DNA of 11,015 nucleotides from NCBI GenBank assembly GCA_037969075.1, contig JBBKWS010000151.1:1-11015 (forward strand), in the 5' to 3' direction. Source of the stretch: Bdellovibrionales bacterium. Its GTDB lineage: Bacteria; Bdellovibrionota; Bdellovibrionia; Bdellovibrionales; UBA840. Shown here piece after piece: positions 1-7,387 of this stretch (the first letter of the stretch is position 1; each line of letters starts with the position of its first letter). A program made the translations under genes and the position numbers. The notes under the pieces were generated by a model. It was not told the DNA's origin and did not search any database. It worked only from the letters and a program-made list of their open reading frames with translations.

Positions 1-440
1 CTAGGAACTTTTAAAACAAAATCTTCGTGCACTACGATTACGTCAGAGTATCCACCTTGCGTTGGTGTGACCTTATCTTGCTCAGTACTACTGTAAGTAA
101 AAGAGGCTCCTTTTTCGCAGAACTGCTCTAGATCTCTCTCACACGGGGCGCATGTTCTGCATGAGTCAACAAAACATCCAACACCTACAAGATCGCCTTT
201 TTTGTGCTTTTTAACTTTTGATCCGACAGTCCTAACTTTTCCAACAATCTCATGACCTGGCACTAGTGGATACTTTGTTCCACCCCATTCATCCCGCACT
301 TGATGTATATCTGAGTGGCATACACCACAATATTCAATATCTATGACAACGTCATATTCTTTAGGGTCTCTTCTTTCAAAACCAAATGGAGCAAGTGGAG
401 TTTTTGCATCAATAGCAGCATAAGCATTTGCTTTAATCAT
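1..440 (-). CDS. NAD(P)-dependent Zn alcohol dehydrogenase / aldehyde reductase, cinnamyl-ADH (YahK-like) family; 5' portion, runs off the left edge
   Basis: Manual translation from ATG at 440: MIKANAYAAIDAKTPLAPFGFERRDPKEYDVVIDIEYCGVCHSDIHQVRDEWGGTKYPLVPGHEIVGKV...VGVGCFVDSCRTCAPCERDLEQFC...GGYS. Has catalytic Zn motifs CHSD and GHExxG plus the four-Cys structural Zn loop. AAAGGA RBS upstream. Frame is open to base 1. Confidence 0.95.
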   Translation of the reverse strand, partial: MIKANAYAAIDAKTPLAPFGFERRDPKEYDVVIDIEYCGVCHSDIHQVRDEWGGTKYPLVPGHEIVGKVRTVGSKVKKHKKGDLVGVGCFVDSCRTCAPCERDLEQFCEKGASFTYSSTEQDKVTPTQGGYSDVIVVHEDFVLKVP

Positions 441-468
441 AAGAAATCCTTTTTGAAGTAGGAGTCAA

Positions 469-491
469 ATAGTATAACAAGCTGATACTAT
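469..491 (-). promoter_or_regulatory. Extended -10 promoter (TGtTATACT) of the ADH gene, overlapped by a 7-bp inverted repeat
   Basis: Minus strand reads TGTTATACT (TATACT = 476..471). ATAGTAT (469-475) and ATACTAT (485-491) are perfect inverted arms with a 9-bp spacer. Confidence 0.5.
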
Positions 492-493
492 GT

Positions 494-1294
494 TCAAATC
501 ATTCGTAGAGTTTGATCAATTAGTATAAGTGAACCAATAATTAATACAAAATAGCCGAATCCTTGCTTTAATTTTTTCTCGGATACTTTTGATGAAAAAA
601 TATTTCCAATCACTATACCTAGTATTCCTAATCCGCAAATCGAGAGAAGTAGATTCCAATCGATCGCAATGGTATATTTAATTGTACTGATAAAAAATCC
701 AAACAATGAGTTAGCCGCGATGATAGCCAGTGAAGTTCCTATGGCTATACGTATAGGTAAATTAAGTAGTAACACAAGTGCTGGAATTATTAAAAACCCG
801 CCACCGGCCCCAACAAATCCTGTGGTACATCCCACGAAAAAACCTTTGCGTCCAATGCTAAACAAATTACGAGTGTCAATGGACTCTATTTGTTTAATTG
901 ATCCGGCTCGAATCATTGAGCGTGATGCGAATATCATTAATATGGCAAAAACAAGCATGATTAAAAGTGGTTTGGTCAGTGTTAGTCCGAATGCAGAAAA
1001 TATTATATCTGGCATGTAGGGGAGTAAAAAAACTCTGGTTAAATATACTCCTAAAAAACTTGGAATGGCGAAAAGGACGCCTGTCTTGAGATCAATATTT
1101 CCTTTTTTTACATTGATCAATGCGCCAACCAGTGCGGTTAGGCCTACGACAAATAAAGAATTGGTAGTTGCTAGAACCGAATCTTGCTTAAAAAGATAAA
1201 ATAAAATTGGCACGGTTAATATGGACCCACCGCCGCCAATAAGCCCCAGAGATATACCCATAATTATGGAAGCTAAATACCCGGCGATAATCAT
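494..1294 (-). CDS. Sulfite exporter TauE/SafE (TSUP) family membrane protein
   Basis: 266 aa, hydrophobic, with the two repeated family motifs GLIGGGGSILTVP and GFVGAGGGFLIIPAL; last gene of the sulfur operon. Confidence 0.92.
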   Translation of the reverse strand: MIIAGYLASIIMGISLGLIGGGGSILTVPILFYLFKQDSVLATTNSLFVVGLTALVGALINVKKGNIDLKTGVLFAIPSFLGVYLTRVFLLPYMPDIIFSAFGLTLTKPLLIMLVFAILMIFASRSMIRAGSIKQIESIDTRNLFSIGRKGFFVGCTTGFVGAGGGFLIIPALVLLLNLPIRIAIGTSLAIIAANSLFGFFISTIKYTIAIDWNLLLSICGLGILGIVIGNIFSSKVSEKKLKQGFGYFVLIIGSLILIDQTLRMI

Positions 1295-1301
1295 AGTAGG
1301 C

Positions 1302-1730
1302 TCATTTTTTAAAGTTTAACTTTTTATCTACTAAACGAAAAACAAGCATACCAAAAATCATGCTGATTACAAAAATGAGTGGTCTTAATTGTAGGCTAGC
1401 TAAGGAGGTTATTGCGGGACCTGGGCAGTAGCCTCCTAATGCCCAACCAATACCAAATAAAACACTACCTGAAATAAGTGAGGGAGTTATGTCGCGGCTA
1501 GTGGGTACGTGCCATGCCTTTGATAATAATGGAGTTTTCTTTTTACGAATAAATTTATAGGTCACAAGATGAACAGCGATGGCTCCCAGCATGACAAAAA
1601 CTAATGTTGGATCCCAAGCGCCAAATACATCTAAAAATCCAATAATTTTCGCTGGCTGAGTCATACCGGCAATACCGAGACCTATGGCAAAAATAAATCC
1701 AACTAAAAAAGATGTGAGTGCACTTTTCAT
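1302..1730 (-). CDS. Short YeeE/YedE-family sulfur transporter subunit (DUF6691/PmpB-like)
   Basis: 142 aa; GM..PAKIIGFLD..G.WDPTL and LFGIGWALGGYCPGP motifs with conserved Cys; 4-bp ATGA overlap with the upstream gene. Confidence 0.9.
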   Translation of the reverse strand: MKSALTSFLVGFIFAIGLGIAGMTQPAKIIGFLDVFGAWDPTLVFVMLGAIAVHLVTYKFIRKKKTPLLSKAWHVPTSRDITPSLISGSVLFGIGWALGGYCPGPAITSLASLQLRPLIFVISMIFGMLVFRLVDKKLNFKK

Positions 1731-2152
1731 AGGGAGGCTCCTAGTTTTCGAAGTAAGGTTACGGTAAGTACTCCAGCGGCAATAAAAGTGCAGGTTGCAA
1801 TTATTGAGCGTGGGGAGAGTCTACTGATTCCGCATACCCCATGGCCACTTGTACATCCACTCCCTAAAAGCGTTCCAAACCCAACTAGAAACCCGGCTAT
1901 TGCAGTAGTCCAAATTCCCGCTGCTATCTGGTCTAAAAACACGATGGGCTTTGTGAATTGTAATAATATCCCGCCTGCAAGGAGTCCAAATAAAAATTGC
2001 AATCTCCAAGCTCTATCGGTCTTAGCTGAAAACATAGAGCCATTAATTATGCCGCTTATGCCAGTAACCCTCCCATTTATTAAAAGCATTACGGATACCG
2101 CAACTCCAATTATAGCACCGCCGAATAAACCGTTAATCCAATCTTGATTCAT
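1727..2152 (-). CDS. Short YeeE/YedE-family sulfur transporter subunit (PmpA-like)
   Basis: 141 aa; NGRVTGISGI and LVGFGTLLGSGCTSGHGVCGISRLSPRS signature motifs; starts 1 bp after the PDO-rhodanese stop codon. Confidence 0.92.
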   Translation of the reverse strand: MNQDWINGLFGGAIIGVAVSVMLLINGRVTGISGIINGSMFSAKTDRAWRLQFLFGLLAGGILLQFTKPIVFLDQIAAGIWTTAIAGFLVGFGTLLGSGCTSGHGVCGISRLSPRSIIATCTFIAAGVLTVTLLRKLGASL

Positions 2153-2153
2153 A

Positions 2154-3212
2154 TTATCTTCTTTCTACGGGAAAATGATTTTCATTCCATAATATCATTC
2201 CGCCAATCATGTTGGCAGAAAACTTATACCCTAGTTTAATACTTTCTTCAGTTGCGGTGCCGGAGCGTGCGCCACTTCTACATATAAAAACTATTTCTTC
2301 ACTTTTGTCGCCATTTTGAAGAAAGGCAGTGAGATCAGGCCCAAGTGTTATAAGTTCAGATCCCTTAATGTGTCCTAGTTCGCCATTAAACTCTTCTTTA
2401 GAGCGAACATCGATCAATCTAACTTTTTTTGAGAGGGTGTCTAGATTTTTAAAAACCTCATCAGGTTTAATCACAGGTATATTATTAGCTATATCAAAAT
2501 CCAAAGTTCGCGCCTCTTGTTTAAATCCGCACGCCATATTTGCGGGAACTGCTTCCATAATCTTCTTAGGATTAGCTAGTTTTAAATTTCTCATTATTTC
2601 TATGAACTCTGCTTTTGATTTTCCCTGGCCTATTCTTGGATTATACTTTTTCTCTAAACCGACTGTCGTTTTAGTTTGTCCCTTGTAATCGTGAGCAGGG
2701 TACACAGTTAATTCATCACCTAAATTAAATATTTTATGAATACTGTCATATAGTTTATCGGCAGAGCCTTGCTGAAAGTCAGTTCGTCCATTACCACGGA
2801 TGAGCAGTGCATCTCCTGTAAATAGTTTGTTCCCAATTTTAAAAGTTAAGCAAGAGTCTGTGTGCCCCGGTGTTTCTAAAACTTGAACTATATGTTTACC
2901 AAAAGTGATTTTGGATCCTTCCTCTAAAAGGATGTCCGCGCATTTTACGCCGGAGTACTTACTAACGCAGGTTTTTGCTTTTACTTTATCTCTGATGGCC
3001 CCGGCACTAGTAATATGGTCGGCATGTACATGAGTATCTAATATATATAGTAATTTTAAACCAAGTTCAGAGACCAGCTTTAAGTCTCTATCGATAGTTT
3101 CAATTACTGGATCAATTAAAATAGCTTCTTTAGAGTCTACGTCTGCTAATAGGTATGTGTAGGTGGAAGACTCATGCTCGAACATTTGATAAAATATTGG
3201 CTCTTTACTCAT
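2154..3212 (-). CDS. Persulfide dioxygenase (ETHE1-like MBL fold) fused to a C-terminal rhodanese/sulfurtransferase domain
   Basis: SSTYTYLL, LIDPV, THVHADHIT, TPGHT, FTGDALLIRGxGRTDFQQG, YPAHDYKG, NPR and AVPANMACG are ETHE1-type motifs. C-terminal IDVR..EE...GHIKG and CRSGARS (catalytic Cys loop) then GGM..W mark a rhodanese. AAAGGA RBS. Confidence 0.95.
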   Translation of the reverse strand: MSKEPIFYQMFEHESSTYTYLLADVDSKEAILIDPVIETIDRDLKLVSELGLKLLYILDTHVHADHITSAGAIRDKVKAKTCVSKYSGVKCADILLEEGSKITFGKHIVQVLETPGHTDSCLTFKIGNKLFTGDALLIRGNGRTDFQQGSADKLYDSIHKIFNLGDELTVYPAHDYKGQTKTTVGLEKKYNPRIGQGKSKAEFIEIMRNLKLANPKKIMEAVPANMACGFKQEARTLDFDIANNIPVIKPDEVFKNLDTLSKKVRLIDVRSKEEFNGELGHIKGSELITLGPDLTAFLQNGDKSEEIVFICRSGARSGTATEESIKLGYKFSANMIGGMILWNENHFPVERR

Positions 3213-3254
3213 ATCAAGTATTTCCTTTAAGGTACTATTACTAGTACTACGGAA

Positions 3255-3284
3255 AAATTAAACTTACTAGAAAATAGAAGTAAA
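3255..3284 (-). promoter_or_regulatory. Candidate sigma70 promoter of the sulfur operon with overlapping inverted repeat TTACT-N10-AGTAA
   Basis: Minus strand TTTACT-18 bp-TAATTT about 40 bp upstream of the ATG; inverted repeat 3264-3283 overlaps the -35 and spacer. Confidence 0.35.
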
Positions 3285-3383
3285 GTGCTGGGTCATTACT
3301 TATAGAAAACTTATTTTCATTAAAAATAAGTAATCGACCCACCCCATAATATCTTAGTGGTAAAGGTTAGAATATAATTGCTA

Positions 3384-3707
3384 TTATCCTCTGTGCGAAT
3401 CACGCAGCTGTTCTAGTGTGCTATCAAGAACATGTTTTAACTTTTCGACAGCGCCTTGTAGGGCTAAATCCACAGTATCTCCTTGGTCTGATGCTGCAAG
3501 TGGCTTTCTTCCTTCTATTCTAGCTTCGATAGAGCAATGCTTATCATTAATACCGGGCTTATGACTATTTTCATCTTTAAGAAAAACTTCCATTCTACTC
3601 ACGCGGTCACTAAAGCGACCTAACTCACTTGTAATCAAGTCATTCACATATGTCTGTAGTCTCTCGTCACCTTGAATATTGTGGTCAGTATTTAGTTGGA
3701 TAATCAT
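3384..3707 (-). CDS. HPF/RaiA (S30EA)-family ribosome-associated protein
   Basis: 107 aa; MIIQLNTDHNIQG...L.RFSDRVSR.EV.LKDEN..K.G..DKHCSIEAR..G.KPLA...A..GA..KL pattern of short HPF-like proteins. Strong RBS TAAGGAG. Confidence 0.85.
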   Translation of the reverse strand: MIIQLNTDHNIQGDERLQTYVNDLITSELGRFSDRVSRMEVFLKDENSHKPGINDKHCSIEARIEGRKPLAASDQGDTVDLALQGAVEKLKHVLDSTLEQLRDSHRG

Positions 3708-3877
3708 TCGCTCTCCTTATTGATTGTGTTGATTTGTTACGTTTATTATACACAATTTTTGATGAAGAGGCTAGTCGGCGAAGCAAAAAGGATTTACCAC
3801 AGTGGATATTATGCCAGTAGACAATATGTGGAGAAAAAATCATATTTAAATTAGAGCTGGGGCTTAAGTACAGCTAT

Positions 3878-4201
3878 TTAAATATTAGTTATCACGTATA
3901 AGCAGGCAAGACCGAATCCAATAGTTGCGAGCATATTTTTTGTAAAGTAACAGACGATTGTTGCTAAGGCTAAAATAAAAAATCTTTCCTTACCCAGTAG
4001 CCAAGCCACTTGTCCGCTATGATAAAATGCCATCGGCGCAATCAGGGCTGGCAGAATAGCAGCTGGTATAAAAGAAAATATTTCTTGTGTTCTAATAGAA
4101 ATTTTAATCTTTGCAGAAAGAGCAATAAACAAAAAGCGAATTGTTATAGTGCCTATTGATAGCAGTGCGGTAATAGTCCAAAAGTACTTTGATTCAATCA
4201 C
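3878..4201 (-). CDS. azlD: AzlD-family small membrane subunit of a branched-chain amino acid exporter
   Basis: 107 aa hydrophobic; T...RF and FIPAAILPALIAP motifs; GTG start overlaps the azlC TGA stop (GTGA). Confidence 0.88.
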   Translation of the reverse strand: MIESKYFWTITALLSIGTITIRFLFIALSAKIKISIRTQEIFSFIPAAILPALIAPMAFYHSGQVAWLLGKERFFILALATIVCYFTKNMLATIGFGLACLYVITNI

Positions 4202-4875
4202 TTTTGGCCTCTCTTTTGCGTAATCAATATACCAAAACCAATGGCTAGAAATGCTGTAGCAATTAAACCTAGCTTATAAGGCATTGTATATAGAAGTAGG
4301 GAAGTGATTGATGAAAAAATCGCTACCAGTACGTGTACTCGTTTTTTTAAAGAAGGCAAAGTTAGAGCTACAAAGCTAAGCGGTATTGCAAATTCTAAAG
4401 ACCAAGACTGTGGTGCCACGTTTCCTAAGAAGTAGCCAATAACAACTGCTGATTGCCAAACTATAATCATGCATATAGCAGAACCAAAATAAAATACGAC
4501 TTGATCATCTTTTCTTAGTTTATCTTGATTAGCGGTAAGGACCGCATATGTCTGATCGGTTATACCATATGAAAAAGCAAATTTAGTAAGTAAACTAGAG
4601 TCTTTGATCACAGGAGAGAGGGCGGCGCTATAAAGTAAAAATCGTAAATTGATAATCAACCCAGTGACTACAACGGTACCGATCGCTACGCCATGATTCA
4701 TTAAATTGACAGCGGCTAATTGCGAGGCACCAGCAAATACCACTGTATTCATCGTCATAGATTGAAATAAGCTAAGGTTAGCCTCGGCAAAAATAGTTCC
4801 CATTACTGCCCCAAACGGAAAAATTCCAGGAGCAAGGGGGAGCATACGCTGAAAGCCTTTTATGAATATTTTCAT
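4198..4875 (-). CDS. azlC: AzlC-family branched-chain amino acid exporter, large subunit
   Basis: P.....PFG...G, VFAGASQ, INLRFLLYS, ITDQTYA, GSAICMIIVWQ, LEFAIPLSF motifs. ATG at 4875 preferred over GTG at 4881 because GAAGGTGG precedes it as an RBS. Confidence 0.92.
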   Translation of the reverse strand: MKIFIKGFQRMLPLAPGIFPFGAVMGTIFAEANLSLFQSMTMNTVVFAGASQLAAVNLMNHGVAIGTVVVTGLIINLRFLLYSAALSPVIKDSSLLTKFAFSYGITDQTYAVLTANQDKLRKDDQVVFYFGSAICMIIVWQSAVVIGYFLGNVAPQSWSLEFAIPLSFVALTLPSLKKRVHVLVAIFSSITSLLLYTMPYKLGLIATAFLAIGFGILITQKRGQK

Positions 4876-4909
4876 AGCCACCTTCGTATCAGGCGGCCCG
4901 CCGGAATGG

Positions 4910-4945
4910 TACTAATAATCTATTAGCATGAAATAAATATTAGTA
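4910..4945. promoter_or_regulatory. Operator-like palindromes upstream of azlC
   Basis: CTAATA-atc-TATTAG (4912-4926; includes a T-N11-A box) and a wider TACTAATA (4910-4917)...TATTAGTA (4938-4945) inverted pair. Confidence 0.4.
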
Positions 4946-4951
4946 AGGTAT

Positions 4952-5833
4952 TTAATTCTGCTTAAACAGAGCCTTTTTCGTGCTCTCACTTAAATCTATG
5001 GTTCTAATCGGAAAGGGTAAATTAAATCCAGCAGCCTCAAGTCGTTTTTTTACTTCTGCGATCGCATCACTCTTTATTTTGGCATGACTTCCCCCTGGGT
5101 ACTTGTGCCATACATAACCACACAAGTTAACCGTGCTACCAGATAGTTCGGTTACATAGGCCTCTGGGGCGGGGTCATTAAGGGCTTCAGGGGTATCTTT
5201 TAAGGAAGAGACTATAATCTCCAAAGCCTTCTGTGGATCGTTTTCGTAGCCAATACCTACATCTATTCTTATACGTCTTCTGCCAAAACTACTATAATTA
5301 GTAAATGAATTAGAGGTAAACTCTTTGTTGGGAATAAAAATATCTTGTCCATCAAAATTCTGTATTATCGTATCTCTAAGACGAACACTAATCACCTTGC
5401 CCATGACACCACTGATTTCTATGACATCATCAATTTTTAAGGGACTACGAACAGCCAGCATCACCCCAGAGATAAAGTTAGCTGCTAAGTCTTTAAAAGC
5501 AAATCCTAGTGCTAAGCCCACTACACCAAGGCCTGCAAGAAGAGAGAATACAGTTTTTTGTAACTGTAAAATAGCTAGGGCCATAATAAAACCTAAAGCA
5601 ATGACAGCAATTCTAGAAAAGTTAGCTAAAAGATGTTCTAGATTTTTATTAAATTCAGTCGTTTGAAATAGTCGAGTTATCCATTTGTAAACGTACATAC
5701 TTAAAACCCAAAATAAGGCAATAACAAGAGCAGCTAGAATCATATTAGGAAGCATTTTAATGATTGCTTCAACCCAACTCTCTAGTTTTTCATATAGCTT
5801 TGATATGCCTTCACTGATTACATTTTCGTCCAT
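4952..5833 (-). CDS. mscS: Small-conductance mechanosensitive channel (MscS family)
   Basis: 293 aa; three TM helices, LLAGLGVVGLALGFAFKDLAANFISGV, G.V..V.LR.T.I..FDG..IFIPN, RRIRIDVGIGYE.D and PFP motifs. AGGAG RBS. Confidence 0.93.
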   Translation of the reverse strand: MDENVISEGISKLYEKLESWVEAIIKMLPNMILAALVIALFWVLSMYVYKWITRLFQTTEFNKNLEHLLANFSRIAVIALGFIMALAILQLQKTVFSLLAGLGVVGLALGFAFKDLAANFISGVMLAVRSPLKIDDVIEISGVMGKVISVRLRDTIIQNFDGQDIFIPNKEFTSNSFTNYSSFGRRRIRIDVGIGYENDPQKALEIIVSSLKDTPEALNDPAPEAYVTELSGSTVNLCGYVWHKYPGGSHAKIKSDAIAEVKKRLEAAGFNLPFPIRTIDLSESTKKALFKQN

Positions 5834-6012
5834 AAGTTCTCCTATATAGTAGTTCTTGCATATATAGGCTTATATGTAAATTAAAGAGCCCATAATTTGA
5901 GAATAAAAAATAATTTGTTAAGAAAAATGACAATTAAGAGTCAATAAATTATATTTGTTTGTAATTAATATTCAGTGAATTTAAAAAGACATTGGATTTA
6001 CAAAAGGGCATT

Positions 6013-7371
6013 TTGAAAACATCAGAGCAGTTAAAAATTTCACGTATTCTACATGCCGGATACTTATTTGAATGCGGTGATACAAAAATTGCTTTTGATC
6101 CCATTTTTGAAACACCGTTTAGTCAAAATTGCTATTCGTTTCCAGAGGTTACATTTGATTATTTAAAAATTAAGAACTTAAAACTGGATGCCATATTTAT
6201 CTCTCATTATCATGATGATCATTTATCTTTTGAAAGCTTGAGCTATTTGGATCGAAATACTCCTATCTACATCTACTGTATTTTTGATGAACTACTATCA
6301 ATGCTCGGGGATTTAGGATTTAAAAAAATCCATTCTGTTAATCTTAATGAGTCTGTAGTGGTAGGTGGCTTTGAGATTATACCAAGGCCTGCATTAGACA
6401 TAGATGTGGACTCTATATTTCAAATAAAGGTGGCTGGTCTAAATATACTAAACGTAGTGGATTCGTGGATAGATTGGGATACTTTGGATTTACTAAAGAC
6501 CATGAAGCCTTGGGACCTAATTCTTTGGCCCTTTCAGACTATGGCTGAGCTAGAGGTATTATCTCCACTACGAGCAAAGCCGCTAGATCAAAACTTGCCA
6601 ATCGAGTGGATAGAGCAATTAAAAGAACTTAATCCTAAATATATTGTGCCAAGCTCTTGCCAATTTATTTTCGAGCCGTGGTCGTGGTACAATCATCTGT
6701 ACTTTCCGATTTCATATAAAGGTTTTAATGAACAAATCAGTAAAATTTTACCAGACACTGAAGTAGTTAAGTTAGATCCATCACAAGCTATAACAATGGA
6801 CGTATCCGGAGTTCACAATGCGGCTCCATTGGATTGGGTGCATTTGATTGGTAATCCAAGTTCGGATTATTATTATGACCCTAATTTTCCAGCTCCTACC
6901 ACCGCAGAAATTTCAGTTAAGTTTCAGGCTCTTACTGATGAGCAAGTCGAAAGAGTCTTAACTTACTGTAAATCAACCATCATCGAAAAATTTAATGCTC
7001 TACCAACTTCAGAGGAATCTTTTTTTAATAAAAAAAGGTATTGGATGCTATCCATCTATGATCACAGGGGGGAGTCCACAAATTTTTATTATGAAGTACA
7101 TAACAATAATATGAAGCTTGTAGAAGAGAAGGCGGTAATTTCTTGGGTAACTGAAGTCCCAATGGCAAGATTATATGGGGCACTTGAAGACGGGGAGTCT
7201 TTATCTTCAATGTATGTTCGTATTAATGATACACATTTTGATTCTGACATAGAGGCCGAGATAAGCACAGCGGATATAATGGAAGATCCGTTAGTGCGAT
7301 GTCTTTTTACCGGAGAAATAGGTTCTTACCAAAAAGCACAGCTAGCAAAGATCAAAAAAAGATATCTTTAA
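6013..7371 (+). CDS. MBL-fold metallo-hydrolase/oxidoreductase of unknown function (UlaG/CMAH-like)
   Basis: HAGY, FDP, IFISHYHDDHL (HxHxDH metal motif), ILNVVDS, LNPKYIVP. Start uncertain: TTG at 6013 (AAGGG upstream) or TTG at 5992. Confidence 0.8.
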   Translation: MKTSEQLKISRILHAGYLFECGDTKIAFDPIFETPFSQNCYSFPEVTFDYLKIKNLKLDAIFISHYHDDHLSFESLSYLDRNTPIYIYCIFDELLSMLGDLGFKKIHSVNLNESVVVGGFEIIPRPALDIDVDSIFQIKVAGLNILNVVDSWIDWDTLDLLKTMKPWDLILWPFQTMAELEVLSPLRAKPLDQNLPIEWIEQLKELNPKYIVPSSCQFIFEPWSWYNHLYFPISYKGFNEQISKILPDTEVVKLDPSQAITMDVSGVHNAAPLDWVHLIGNPSSDYYYDPNFPAPTTAEISVKFQALTDEQVERVLTYCKSTIIEKFNALPTSEESFFNKKRYWMLSIYDHRGESTNFYYEVHNNNMKLVEEKAVISWVTEVPMARLYGALEDGESLSSMYVRINDTHFDSDIEAEISTADIMEDPLVRCLFTGEIGSYQKAQLAKIKKRYL

Positions 7372-7387
7372 AATGGCAAGTTATACA

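Noticed and set aside
669..2688. Plus-strand ORFs 669..1019, 1788..2147, 2329..2688 and minus ORF 1821..2009
   Set aside because: Antisense or out-of-frame shadows lying wholly inside well-supported sulfur operon genes; no recognisable motifs.
2154..3212. GNGRTDF instead of ETHE1 GCGRTDF as a sign of an inactive PDO
   Set aside because: This position varies among bacterial PDOs; the metal ligands and the C-terminal ANxxCG cysteine are intact.
3357..3800. 8-bp inverted pair GTGGTAAA (3357-3364) / TTTACCAC (3793-3800) flanking the HPF-like gene, as mobile element ends
   Set aside because: Too short to exceed chance; no transposase or target-site duplication seen.
4892..4902. GC-rich GGCGGCCCGCC as a terminator for mscS
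   Set aside because: Only a 4-bp stem with a 3-nt loop and no U-tract on either strand.
5325..5666. Plus-strand 113-aa ORF
   Set aside because: Antisense shadow of mscS.
6013..7371. Calling the MBL-fold protein a class B beta-lactamase because a beta-lactamase gene is nearby
   Set aside because: No signal peptide, much longer than class B enzymes, and HxHxDH is shared across the whole superfamily.
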